A stretch of 40,263 bases of DNA from IMG/VR virus record IMGVR_UViG_3300017782_000058. The stretch is one strand, 5' to 3'. This DNA comes from a virus. Under the pieces are notes generated by a model. The model was not told the DNA's origin. It worked only from the letters and a program-made list of their open reading frames with translations, and searched no databases. Both the position numbers and the translations under genes were made by a program. Position 1 is the first letter of the stretch. The number at the start of each line of letters is the position of its first letter. Of the stretch, positions 7,479 to 16,506 are shown one piece after another.

Positions 7479-9940
7479 TATCCACCTATAGAAACTTCAA
7501 GCGTCACACCTATTACAGTAAGCGGAAGAGGATCTGTTTGCCTAATAAATATTTGTCCATTGTCTGCCCATGTCGGTGTGAGCATTATCTTAACGTCTTG
7601 TGTTTTAAGGTTAGGCGGCGTTCCATAGGGCTCTGTAGTACGCTGTTTAGCTTCTACCAGGTTCTGATCATTTGGCCCGGCAAAGATACCAGAGCTCTCT
7701 AAAACACGCAGCCATGCATGGTTTAAGTTCTTTACACGGCCCTGTCCAAACGCCTCTGTCTGTAGAGCTAAAGGCAACGTCTGTACATCACTGTTATATT
7801 CCAGGCCAACATGAACGACACTTGATGCCCGGTCTAATGTTATAGATCCGCCTGTTACCACTCTTTGCGGATGCACCGCACCGTTCTCGAGAATGCTAAC
7901 TGTTTTACCTTCCAGCCAATTCAAACCAGAAATAGTGTTTCTTGCCACCTCAAAGCCTGTTGTGGCGGTGTTCTGTAAGTTTGCTGGTATATCTCTATCT
8001 ATCTGCACATTGGCCTGTGTGGCGCTTACAGTGCTGATAATGGTGCATCTATAATATTGATCACCATCAACCAGGATAATCGCATCGCCAATATCTGATA
8101 AACTTGGTGGTGCATTAAATAAATTATAATTTGTTGTAGCTGTTAGCGTGTCACCTTTTGAATAACTAGCGCCATTCACCGTTACGTTTCGGGCAGTGTT
8201 TGTATTGATGCCGTTATAAGTGGCCCCTGCATCGACAAAGAAACTATCACGCTGGGTTTTAAATAATCTGGTTCCCATTCGTTCAATATATCTTTTTTCA
8301 ACGCCGCCTATTGTTCTTTTAATTACACAATAAACAACATCATCATCGCCCTCAGAGACTGTCGCAACGCTTTCAAACTTGCCATCTGTGTCATGCCAGT
8401 GCCATGCGCCTACAGTCTGTTCTGGGACGTATGTAAGGCCCAGCAATCTGCCTTGTGTATTGACCATCCAAACAATTGGTGTTGGTGCTTTAGCCAAGGC
8501 CATATCTATTATTCTGTAGTTATCGAATAGATGTGATGCACGCAGTGACAGATCTCCGGTGATAAAACCATTGGCCTGCCAGTTGTATCCCAGCTCTCTT
8601 ATATGACCACCACGGGATGCGGCATAAACCATACTATTATTAACGATCACTGGTTGAGCGTTTGATGCACCTACGTAAGACTGTGGTTTAACAGATATTG
8701 ATGTTGGTGTGATTGCATCACTGTTAACTGATTGCACGCGCCATTCTGCAGATCCTGTCATTAACAATAACTGGGTCAGCGGCACGATGTGTCTAATTGT
8801 ATTTGCTTCACGGGCAGCAACTCTAAACTCAATACGATCATCATCACGTATTGGTAAGCCGTATGACATATTGCTTTCAGTACCTGATTTAGTCATCCAA
8901 ATACTTTGTGGAGCATTATTAGTGCCGGCAAAAACTCTACGCTGCTCAAAATAGGATACAGCGCCCGGATAGTTGCCTGTCCCAACAAAATCATTTTCAT
9001 AGATTGGTGGTGTTCTAGAAAAGTCTGGGGATATATTAACGTCTTCGATGCTGTTTCCTGTTGTCTCACCAATGAAACCAAATATGCCGCCGACATCTTT
9101 ATAAACTCGATATCTAACTGCATTGGTTACTGAGTTCCATGAAATAGTATTTTTAGCACCCGACACAAAAATGTTATTTGTTCTTGATGCAGTATTTGAT
9201 TTAGCGCTTTCGTCAACCAGGTTAGCTGCAATAGCTGTTACGCAATACCGGTGCGTTTCATATGTGTCACTGTTTACGCTTTCTGATGATGGTATATATC
9301 GCGCTACACTGACGCCACCTGGCCTGCCAATAGGGCTGCCGAAATCAATATTGGTTACTTGCCACTGAGAAGCGCCAAGCCTTCTTAATTCTTTTGGAGC
9401 ATGATTAGGGTGCACCAGTGTCATCACATCAGCTGACTGCACGTAATGCACATCAAACAGCTCTGCTTCTAGATACGGCGATGGTATCTCGTATGTGTAA
9501 TCTGTAGGTAATGCATACCAGTAAGATGCATTTGGTGGTGTGTTGTTTGTATTGTCTGCAGTGCAGTAATAATTTACGCCACCTACTTTTGCTATGTCAC
9601 CTACATCGTAGGCTGTACTGCCACTCCAGGCAGCGCCATCTGCATATTGTAATGTTGACCCTTGTGTGTGAAACCTCATGTACTGATCACCAAGCTCGAT
9701 GACCATTGTTTGTGTGGTGTTAAATGTAAACGATAACAACCTTACAGACTTTGTGCTGTCTTTAACCTCATTAACATATGCAAAGCCTGGACGGTTTTCT
9801 GCCGGGCCTTGTGGCTTGGCTATAAAGTTACGCATCCTTGCCGCGCCCTGTTGATACTTGGCATCATCAATACGTCCGAACATTTCTGGCGAGATCTCAC
9901 CGCCTGAGAATGCCCTGTTAAATGTACGGGTATTTGGCAT
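7478..9940 (-). CDS. Tail tubular protein B / nozzle protein (T7 gp12-like)
   Basis: An 820-aa ORF immediately downstream of the gp11-like adaptor. Its N-terminus, FSGGEISPEMFGRIDDAKYQQGAARMRNFIAKPQGPAENRPGF, is typical of podovirus nozzle proteins as I recall them. Confidence 0.65.
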   Translation of the reverse strand: MPNTRTFNRAFSGGEISPEMFGRIDDAKYQQGAARMRNFIAKPQGPAENRPGFAYVNEVKDSTKSVRLLSFTFNTTQTMVIELGDQYMRFHTQGSTLQYADGAAWSGSTAYDVGDIAKVGGVNYYCTADNTNNTPPNASYWYALPTDYTYEIPSPYLEAELFDVHYVQSADVMTLVHPNHAPKELRRLGASQWQVTNIDFGSPIGRPGGVSVARYIPSSESVNSDTYETHRYCVTAIAANLVDESAKSNTASRTNNIFVSGAKNTISWNSVTNAVRYRVYKDVGGIFGFIGETTGNSIEDVNISPDFSRTPPIYENDFVGTGNYPGAVSYFEQRRVFAGTNNAPQSIWMTKSGTESNMSYGLPIRDDDRIEFRVAAREANTIRHIVPLTQLLLMTGSAEWRVQSVNSDAITPTSISVKPQSYVGASNAQPVIVNNSMVYAASRGGHIRELGYNWQANGFITGDLSLRASHLFDNYRIIDMALAKAPTPIVWMVNTQGRLLGLTYVPEQTVGAWHWHDTDGKFESVATVSEGDDDVVYCVIKRTIGGVEKRYIERMGTRLFKTQRDSFFVDAGATYNGINTNTARNVTVNGASYSKGDTLTATTNYNLFNAPPSLSDIGDAIILVDGDQYYRCTIISTVSATQANVQIDRDIPANLQNTATTGFEVARNTISGLNWLEGKTVSILENGAVHPQRVVTGGSITLDRASSVVHVGLEYNSDVQTLPLALQTEAFGQGRVKNLNHAWLRVLESSGIFAGPNDQNLVEAKQRTTEPYGTPPNLKTQDVKIMLTPTWADNGQIFIRQTDPLPLTVIGVTLEVSIGG

Positions 9941-9943
9941 TGG

Positions 9944-10627
9944 TTATCTCCCGGATGTCCAAGGGACGATATGTTCTACGCTAATTTGCCTGTGTGCGTT
10001 GTCTGATTTCTTTGCTTGCTGCATATATCCTTGCATCATAGATGTGCATCGCTTTGCCTCTGCAGTGCCCTGGTCACCTTTAATTACAGGCCCGGCTAAC
10101 ATCGATGCTAGATGCCATGAAAGTGTCATTGTGAACAATGAAGAAAATTTAGTGGTGTCGTTTACATATGCCTGGTAACGCAACATGGCATTTTTTTGGT
10201 TAGAATAAATTAACTGATTACCGCTATTGTCTATCTCTAATACAAATTGCTGCGGTGTATACTGGCCAGCTGAAATGGTTGGCGCATAGTTAGATGTTAT
10301 GCCGCCCGGTGTATCACCAGCTGACATTCTAGTAGCGTAATCATTTTGTGCTGATGGTGAGATCACTGCTACTGCAGACATCATATCGCTGGGTGCAATG
10401 TATGCATATTCCCATTGATTGTTTGTGTTTGTCGATGAAGCCAAGTTCCCACGTTTTGTTGCAAAATCCCAGGCGTGCATATCTAATAACGTGTCTCGAG
10501 CTATCGGATAAAATCTTGACGCATTCTGTGCCTGCGCTGAACCCTCTGGTGGGGACAGCGTTGCTATCGTTGCATCATCACCCAGGTGCGCCAGGGCAAG
10601 ATTGCAGATGTCAACTTCTGTTGCCAT
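9944..10627 (-). CDS. Head-to-tail adaptor / tail tubular protein A (T7 gp11-like)
   Basis: A 227-aa ORF. Its N-terminus, VDICNLALAHLGDDATIATLSPPEGSAQAQNASRFYPIARDTLLDMHAWDFA, parallels the T7 gp11 N-terminal pattern (VNDILASIGEPPVSTLEGD...QSRGWTFN). Synteny supports the call. Confidence 0.65.
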   Translation of the reverse strand: MATEVDICNLALAHLGDDATIATLSPPEGSAQAQNASRFYPIARDTLLDMHAWDFATKRGNLASSTNTNNQWEYAYIAPSDMMSAVAVISPSAQNDYATRMSAGDTPGGITSNYAPTISAGQYTPQQFVLEIDNSGNQLIYSNQKNAMLRYQAYVNDTTKFSSLFTMTLSWHLASMLAGPVIKGDQGTAEAKRCTSMMQGYMQQAKKSDNAHRQISVEHIVPWTSGR

Positions 10628-10646
10628 AGCGGCCTCCTATCTAAAT

Positions 10647-10679
10647 AAGGGGGTCAATGGAAGATCCACTGGCCCCCTC
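10647..10679 (-). terminator. Rho-independent terminator after the capsid module
   Basis: The minus strand reads GGGGGCCAGTGG-ATCTT-CCATTGACCCCC. This is a 12-position stem with one mismatch and one G-U pair, followed by TTATTT. It lies between the 72-aa gene and the adaptor gene. Confidence 0.6.
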
Positions 10680-10710
10680 TGTTAAAATAGTAATACTAGA
10701 AGACCGTTGC

Positions 10711-10929
10711 CTATTTATCTTGGCCTTTGGCTGAATTACGTTTTACCTTCGGCGTCCATTTCTTTTTAGGCTCATCATCTTCTGCAGTAACCTCGGGAGC
10801 TGGTGCAGTTTTAGCTTTGCCTAGTTGTTCAATGTGCGCGAAAGGCTCACCGTTATATTCAAACTCCTCGCCTGCTTCTCTAAGCGTATTGCCTACGAAA
10901 CATTTGATTGTGGCTTTATACATTGGCAT
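10711..10929 (-). CDS. Hypothetical small protein in the head module
   Basis: A 72-aa ORF that follows the cement protein gene. It has a Lys-rich C-terminus. Confidence 0.5.
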   Translation of the reverse strand: MPMYKATIKCFVGNTLREAGEEFEYNGEPFAHIEQLGKAKTAPAPEVTAEDDEPKKKWTPKVKRNSAKGQDK

Positions 10930-10946
10930 TAGTCACTCCCTCTTAC

Positions 10947-11375
10947 TTATACAGTAAAGCCAGAAGCATAATACTTCTGTCCATCTTGTACTGTTTCCAC
11001 AATGTCACTAGTGATTGTGCCAGCTGAGTATGTGCCTGATACAGTGTATCGTGCACCCAGATAACGCTCACCATTGCTAGCGATTTGTGGGTTGATGGCT
11101 ACTGCAACATTCTTACCAAGCGTAAGGTCAGCTGTTACGACAGCATCAGTGCTACCAATAACAGTTGGGCTTGATAAGTTTGCGTTAGCAGATGAAATCA
11201 CTTCAAATTTAATGCTTGTGCCGCCTACCATCGCAGTTGTCACAGCAAAGTTCATGAAGAGATTGTGACCTTCGCCCATATCCCTAGCAATTTTTAGGTC
11301 TATGGTGTCGGTTGATACAGCAGTAACAGTTACTGCTTGATCTTCGCTCACTCTGAGCAGTTTGTCTGTAATCAT
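10947..11375 (-). CDS. Capsid cement/decoration protein (Bbp16-like)
   Basis: A 142-aa ORF directly after the major capsid gene, preceded by an AAGGAG ribosome-binding site. Its N-terminus, MITDKLLRVSEDQAVTVTAVSTDTIDLKIARDMGEG, matches my recollection of the Bbp16 cement family of Bordetella phage BPP-1. Confidence 0.65.
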   Translation of the reverse strand: MITDKLLRVSEDQAVTVTAVSTDTIDLKIARDMGEGHNLFMNFAVTTAMVGGTSIKFEVISSANANLSSPTVIGSTDAVVTADLTLGKNVAVAINPQIASNGERYLGARYTVSGTYSAGTITSDIVETVQDGQKYYASGFTV

Positions 11376-11399
11376 TTCAGATCTCCTTCTATGTTAGAG

Positions 11400-12419
11400 T
11401 TAAACCACACGGGCTTCTGTATTAACCAGGCTGTCCACTCTACGTAGAGGAACACCAAGGAATGAAAGATAGCTCTGTGGTGAACCAAACTGAGTAAGAC
11501 CTTCATTGATTGCTAGTACAGACTGCGACTTGTCGAGTGCTGAGATAGACAATCCTGAGTGAACAGATCTATTCATATAGAATGCTGCTCGGCCCATAGC
11601 CATGTTTGGAATACGATACAGTGCTTTAGCCATCATTTTCACCAAGGCTGTTGATGCAGCTGCGGCTTGTGTTCCAGAGCCAGTGTTAAGATCGCTGATA
11701 TCGATGTTTGCGATACGCACGACATAACGCCAGTCTTTAACAACCAAACCATTCTTCCACTGATAACGTGTAGCAAACGCTTGTAGGCGCGTGCCATCGC
11801 TATTGTAGACAGTCTGCTCACCAAGATCTTCGTGAGTTAGGCCAGCTTTCGATCCTTTAGGGAAAGGACAGTAAACCGTGTTGTCACCCCAGCATACTAA
11901 GAAAATTGAGGTGTTGTCTGAACCAGAGCCACCGGCATCTAAAATGTTCTGAGCATTGCTTGATGACAGATCTGAGTAACGAGGTGCTAGACCAAGAAAC
12001 TTTTTAGGATCTGTACCAGGGTTGCCATAGAAAATTGTTGATGCTTGTGTTTGGTTCATTGCTTCCAAGAAAGCAGTGTCTTCAGATAGGCGGAATTGCG
12101 CGGTGTTACCGTTCAACATTGCCAGATCTTTGTCCACTTCTGAACGTGCTTCAAGAATTCCACAAGCCTCATCAATCTGTGCTGTTGTTGATTTGCTTGA
12201 TGGAATACCTTGGTTCAGTGCACGCCAGTACACTTCTGGTAAACCAGTTCTGATAACTACACGTTCACCAGTGGGAAGATTACCTTCCTTGAAAACGCAG
12301 TCATCTAGGATTTCGTTGGACTGCGAAAGCAGTTCAGCGATGATCGGAACCCTACCATCAGGGTCACTTCTTTTAGCCCAGTCGGCCAAAGTAAGATTTG
12401 AGGTTGAGAGAGTAGCCAT
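11400..12419 (-). CDS. Major capsid protein (BPP-1 Bbp17-like)
   Basis: A 339-aa ORF preceded by an AGGAG ribosome-binding site. The motif LADWAKRSDPDGRVPIIAELLSQSNEILDDCVFKEGNLPTGERVVIRTGLPEVYWRALNQG is characteristic of this capsid family. The gene is flanked by the scaffold and cement genes. Confidence 0.85.
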   Translation of the reverse strand: MATLSTSNLTLADWAKRSDPDGRVPIIAELLSQSNEILDDCVFKEGNLPTGERVVIRTGLPEVYWRALNQGIPSSKSTTAQIDEACGILEARSEVDKDLAMLNGNTAQFRLSEDTAFLEAMNQTQASTIFYGNPGTDPKKFLGLAPRYSDLSSSNAQNILDAGGSGSDNTSIFLVCWGDNTVYCPFPKGSKAGLTHEDLGEQTVYNSDGTRLQAFATRYQWKNGLVVKDWRYVVRIANIDISDLNTGSGTQAAAASTALVKMMAKALYRIPNMAMGRAAFYMNRSVHSGLSISALDKSQSVLAINEGLTQFGSPQSYLSFLGVPLRRVDSLVNTEARVV

Positions 12420-12431
12420 ATTTTAGCTCCT

Positions 12432-13112
12432 TTATGTTTGCTGATTAGAATACAGTGCGTTGGCTAGGCCGGCGAAATCTTTTGGTGCTGATCTGCTTGC
12501 GCCTTCAGCTCCTTGAGATGATCCGACATAACTATCTTCACTGATTGCCTTACCGGCTCGGAACATAAACCGGATAACTTCCGGGTGGTTTCCAAGACCG
12601 CTTTCATGAAGCAGCGACCGCAAAGCATCAGTACCAAAGGCATCCAGGGATTTCTTTGCGACATCCAAGTTGCCAGCCAGCTGCTCACCACCGAATTCTT
12701 GATCGGTAGATGATTGCTGACCCCACTCGGCTTTCACACCCTCGAGGACTTTAGCTTGTTTGGCTTGTATAACAGGGGCCATCTTGTCTAATACTTTTTG
12801 TGCAGCGTCTTGTGACAAATTGAGTTCTTTAGCAACCTCACCGTAGGCTTCAACAACCTCGGCATCGAGAACCTGGGGCGCGTCAGCCACCTCAGTATTA
12901 AACTCGTATTTCTCAGGCGCAGTGTCCTGGTTACTATCACTCTCAACAGCGGCCCCATCCTGGGCTTGTTGGTCTGTTACACCTTCAGCTTGCTGCTGGT
13001 TTCCAGTATCTTCCACATTTACTGATTGCTCAGTCTCCGCAGCTTCTACTGGTTGCTGCGATGCGTTGCCTTCATTTGGTTGGTTGGCTTCCGTCATCAG
13101 CATCTCTGACAT
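12432..13112 (-). CDS. Scaffolding protein
   Basis: A 226-aa acidic protein with a Gln/Glu-rich N-terminus and a helical C-terminal half. It lies immediately upstream of the major capsid gene. Confidence 0.65.
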   Translation of the reverse strand: MSEMLMTEANQPNEGNASQQPVEAAETEQSVNVEDTGNQQQAEGVTDQQAQDGAAVESDSNQDTAPEKYEFNTEVADAPQVLDAEVVEAYGEVAKELNLSQDAAQKVLDKMAPVIQAKQAKVLEGVKAEWGQQSSTDQEFGGEQLAGNLDVAKKSLDAFGTDALRSLLHESGLGNHPEVIRFMFRAGKAISEDSYVGSSQGAEGASRSAPKDFAGLANALYSNQQT

Positions 13113-13416
13113 TTTTTTGCTCCTTTATCATTGTTGGATACAGCTCTGGGCAGAGAGTGTGGACTAAGGTTAGGATCTGTAAGCCAAAGTTTCTGTTACC
13201 TTCGCTAAATGACATTGCCATCGCGTTGGTGTTAAACGATAACCTAAACACCCCTGCTTGTTCCAGAAGACGCCATATTACACGCCGCCCCCTCTTACTG
13301 CTCATGAGCCATTTAATATCCGCCTCTTCGTTCTCACGATCAATTTTGGAAGTGACTTTTTTACTGTCTCTTTCTTTTTCTTGACCTTTAAGATCTAGAG
13401 GATCGTAATTGCTCAT
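13072..13416 (-). CDS. Bbp19-like head-assembly-associated protein
   Basis: A 114-aa ORF. The segment GRRVIWRLLEQAGVFRLSFNTNAMAMSFSEGNRNFGLQILTLV resembles the Bbp19 family as I recall it. Confidence 0.5.
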   Translation of the reverse strand: MSNYDPLDLKGQEKERDSKKVTSKIDRENEEADIKWLMSSKRGRRVIWRLLEQAGVFRLSFNTNAMAMSFSEGNRNFGLQILTLVHTLCPELYPTMIKEQKNVRDADDGSQPTK

Positions 13417-13444
13417 GTTCTAATATATCCAGTTATTGATTTGA

Positions 13445-13458
13445 TACGGGCACGCCTC
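13445..13458 (-). promoter_or_regulatory. Conserved strand-specific motif, exact copy (GAGGCGTGCCCGTA)
   Basis: The minus strand reads TGA-GGCGTGCCCGTATCAAAT in the 40-nt gap upstream of the Bbp19-like gene. The 12-mer is identical to those at 16532..16543 and 35082..35093. Confidence 0.5.
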
Positions 13459-13648
13459 ACGCGCCTTTTGTACTCGGGTATAGTTTTTTCAATTTCTCTT
13501 CATCACTGGTCTGGCTGTTCTTTATTGCCTTTGCAGTTGGTGCACCTTTTGAGCCTGGCTTTCTCATACGCTCACCAGATCCAGCCTTAATTCTTTTTCG
13601 CTTTGCATGAATGTTGGCCCACAAGCCCGGACGTTTAGCCATGATCAA
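13457..13648 (-). CDS. Small basic conserved phage protein
   Basis: A 63-aa ORF. The motif GLWANIHAKRKRIKAGSGERMRKPGSKGAPT is one I have seen in small phage and bacterial proteins of unknown function. Confidence 0.5.
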   Translation of the reverse strand: MIMAKRPGLWANIHAKRKRIKAGSGERMRKPGSKGAPTAKAIKNSQTSDEEKLKKLYPSTKGA

Positions 13649-14019
13649 TCCTTGTACAAATAGTTTGCGATGTCTTGCCCTGACCTTGGACTTTCTTTTG
13701 CCGGCGCTTCATTGCCATACAATGATTTTGCGTTGTCCTTAGTCTTATCCATTGGGTCAATTCCCATAGCGCAGATCTGCAGCTCAAGACTTTTGCTTGT
13801 GCCATCCATTTCTTTTTTCTCGCTAGCAGTTTTTACATACGCCATTGCTTTGATCATCATCTCAGCACCAGCTGCCGGCAGTTGTTCTATGCCGAGCTTT
13901 GCTAGTTCTTCTTCGCCCAGGCGAATGCATAGACCATAGCTGTATGCTGATTGATCTTCATACTGTTCGCCTTCGCTGTATTGTTGTTCTGGTTCTTTTT
14001 TAAGATCGATTAAATCCAT
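13645..14019 (-). CDS. Hypothetical head-assembly-associated protein
   Basis: A 124-aa ORF with an acidic N-terminus. Its start overlaps the portal stop (14019) and its stop overlaps the start of the next gene by 4 nt. Confidence 0.5.
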   Translation of the reverse strand: MDLIDLKKEPEQQYSEGEQYEDQSAYSYGLCIRLGEEELAKLGIEQLPAAGAEMMIKAMAYVKTASEKKEMDGTSKSLELQICAMGIDPMDKTKDNAKSLYGNEAPAKESPRSGQDIANYLYKD

Positions 14020-15710
14020 TATCCTACCTCCAATGGTGATGGTGATTGATATCCGCTAAACTGGTTCATCACATCCATTAAAGCATTTTTGTCTGGCCCT
14101 GTTTGAGCGCTCGACAGTTTAGCTGCTGTCTCAGCTTGTTGTGCTTGCGCTTGCTGTTGTGCTTGCGCTGCTTGAGCTTCTGCACGGGCGTTACGTATCT
14201 TGGCCACTTGTTCACCAGGAATAATAAGCGATGGATCTACACCCAACATATCAGCATATTCATCTGACCAGTTGTCTGCATCAAACTTGTCTAACACTTC
14301 TGGTTTCATCTGTGCGACCATGCCCATGCTGTTCACATATCTGTCGATGCTGTTTGTTCCGATAGCACGCTGCGCCTGGGCAAGCATTGAAACAAATTCT
14401 ACATTTAGTTCCATGCCTTGCAGTTCTGGTGGTGCAGGCGGTATCAGATTGCTTTCGATCATTCGATTAAATGTAATATCAATCAGCGGATCTAACAGCT
14501 CATTGTGCAGCCTCTCCAGGACAGGGCCAAGCATCAATAGCTTTTCCTCATGCCTTTCTGCTACCTCTGTCGCTGTCATACGTGTGTCTGTTGCATTGGC
14601 TAGCATTAGGAACAGGTCTGCATAGAACGCACCGTTGATACGCCCTCTAACATCCTGGATATCCATAAGCAGATGCTGCAGATTTAGATTAACTTGGAAT
14701 GCTGTTTCTATCTTGCCTTGTTGGCCATCAACAAAAGTTACGCCGCCAGGCAAACTGTCTACATCTCTATTCTTCATGTAGCTTGGAACCTGTAGAGGTG
14801 GCTTTGTTTGATAGTCGATGCCTTGTGCTTTACGCAATTGCTCATGCTGCAGCTGCTTCACATCACCAAGCGCTTCCATACCTGGACTGTTTCCATATAT
14901 GTCACCACCTGATAAACCCCAGCGAGGTACGACAGCCGGGAAATCATTGTATCCGCTTTCACGCAACAGCTGCTCACTGTCACCACCAAGCTCAAAATAG
15001 CATGACTTGAATGCCATGTTCTTTGCGTCACGTTTACCTTTGTCACGCTCTCTGTCATCTCTTGGCTCGACAGCATGGATGATTGTAATCCATGTATCCA
15101 GGTTGCCCCGGTCATATAAATTTTTAACGGTTGTTGAACAGTTGTTGTAACCAAACTCCCTGACTAATTCACTAACAGTCTTTTGGAATTCTCTAAACAA
15201 CGTATTCACACGGCCCTGATAATCCTGACCGATAGCATACTCACCGACTGTTACCGGGTAATGATGGATAGCTGTTTTGTAATCAGGCAGTATCAATGAT
15301 CCGCCAGTACCGAATGCGCCCAGCTCTTCATAGATGCCATGCAGTGTTCGATACGTATTTGATTTGGTAAAGACTAACCGCATCCTGTCGGTGCAATCAT
15401 CTAACCATAGTTTGACTGGTTGGTATTTATTTAGATCTGGATCTGCAGTGCCTAGTCTAAACCAGGGTCTAGCTGGTGACGTTGCGCCTGCCATCATGCC
15501 TGCACCAAGTGTTCTCAGTGCTCGAGTTCCTGTGTTGTCATAGATAGAATTGTGGCGTCTATGTCCCTTGTTCCTATCTTGCTCGAAATAACGCCCGTTG
15601 CGAGGCAACAGATATGTCGTGATTTCTTGCCAATGTGACCACCAGGTTGCACGCTCAGATCTGAGGTGGCCCCAGCGCGTCAGTAGTTTTTCGCGCTTGG
15701 TTGTTGCCAT
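14019..15710 (-). CDS. Portal (head-to-tail connector) protein
   Basis: A 563-aa ORF. The N-terminus LLTRWGHLRSERATWWSHWQEITTYLLPRNGRYF and the Gln/Ala-rich C-terminal tail are typical of podovirus connectors. It lies in the packaging/head region downstream of TerL. Confidence 0.85.
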   Translation of the reverse strand: MATTKREKLLTRWGHLRSERATWWSHWQEITTYLLPRNGRYFEQDRNKGHRRHNSIYDNTGTRALRTLGAGMMAGATSPARPWFRLGTADPDLNKYQPVKLWLDDCTDRMRLVFTKSNTYRTLHGIYEELGAFGTGGSLILPDYKTAIHHYPVTVGEYAIGQDYQGRVNTLFREFQKTVSELVREFGYNNCSTTVKNLYDRGNLDTWITIIHAVEPRDDRERDKGKRDAKNMAFKSCYFELGGDSEQLLRESGYNDFPAVVPRWGLSGGDIYGNSPGMEALGDVKQLQHEQLRKAQGIDYQTKPPLQVPSYMKNRDVDSLPGGVTFVDGQQGKIETAFQVNLNLQHLLMDIQDVRGRINGAFYADLFLMLANATDTRMTATEVAERHEEKLLMLGPVLERLHNELLDPLIDITFNRMIESNLIPPAPPELQGMELNVEFVSMLAQAQRAIGTNSIDRYVNSMGMVAQMKPEVLDKFDADNWSDEYADMLGVDPSLIIPGEQVAKIRNARAEAQAAQAQQQAQAQQAETAAKLSSAQTGPDKNALMDVMNQFSGYQSPSPLEVG

Positions 15711-15713
15711 GAT

Positions 15714-16037
15714 CTATCCGCCCAATAAAGTGTTTTTGCCAAGTTTAAGCAAGTTCGGATCAATACCCATGTTACCTGTAAGCATTGTGCCGGCAGCACC
15801 TGTCTTGCCTGCCTGTTCACTCTCAGAAACAATAGAGCTAACATTAGCTTGTTTCTGGTTCTGCCTATTGTATTCCATATCAGCACGGCTCTCAGCTTTC
15901 TCAGCTGCCACTTGTGCTTGAGTATTGGCTTTCTTTTGTTCGGCAAGAGCTTTTGCTTGCTCTTTCTTTTGTTCCTCACCACGTTTAACTGTGTAGGCTG
16001 TACCTACAACCGCAGTGACTGCTGCTGTTACACCCAT
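15714..16037 (-). CDS. Hypothetical protein with an N-terminal hydrophobic segment; possible virion-associated protein
   Basis: A 107-aa ORF. It has the N-terminus MGVTAAVTAVVGTAYTV, a Lys/Gln/Ala-rich helical middle, and a C-terminal GIDPNLLKLGKNTLLGG. It sits directly upstream of the portal gene. Confidence 0.45.
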   Translation of the reverse strand: MGVTAAVTAVVGTAYTVKRGEEQKKEQAKALAEQKKANTQAQVAAEKAESRADMEYNRQNQKQANVSSIVSESEQAGKTGAAGTMLTGNMGIDPNLLKLGKNTLLGG

Positions 16038-16038
16038 C

Positions 16039-16506
16039 TTATATCTCCTTTGAAAAGATTATGTCTTGCACACCATATTTCATTCTCGGCAAGATAGCAG
16101 CTAAAGGTGTGTTTTCTTTTGCGTGCCATAGCATCAGTTTGCATCCGAGATCTTTTGCTTGTGTCTCTGTAGCCTTCATCATTCTCATGCCGACACTCAT
16201 TGCCCGGTATTCTTTTTTGATAAAGAGAAGATCGTTTGAGCATAGTTTCATATCCGCATAGTGCAAATGGTTGGTTACAAAGTTTACAGAATACCCTGCA
16301 AGCACATCTTCTTGCCAGGCTGCTAAAATGAATATCGTGCCCTGCTCTTCTGCAGCACGATACTTTTCTTCGTATGGCTTGAGCACCATCACATCCTTGT
16401 TAAGAGCTATCTCGTTCCAGTGCTCTTCAAATAATGTTTGTGCCTCGACCAACATTTCATCAACCGTGGCTGGCCTAATGTCTATCATAGGATACCCCAC
16501 TTTCAT
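16039..16506 (-). CDS. GNAT-family N-acetyltransferase
   Basis: A 155-aa ORF. ILAAWQEDVLAGYSV ... LFIKKEYRAMSVGMRMMKATETQAKDLGCKLMLWHAK fits the GNAT acetyl-CoA-binding core. Confidence 0.7.
   Translation of the reverse strand: MKVGYPMIDIRPATVDEMLVEAQTLFEEHWNEIALNKDVMVLKPYEEKYRAAEEQGTIFILAAWQEDVLAGYSVNFVTNHLHYADMKLCSNDLLFIKKEYRAMSVGMRMMKATETQAKDLGCKLMLWHAKENTPLAAILPRMKYGVQDIIFSKEI

Noticed and set aside
14699-16243. Overlapping track ORFs in alternative frames or strands within the portal, 107-aa and GNAT genes (for example 14858..15154, 15680..15982, 16028..16243, 14699..15010)
   Set aside because: They are fully embedded in longer ORFs with clear family signatures. Their translations are Cys/Arg/Ser-rich, and they lack ribosome-binding sites.
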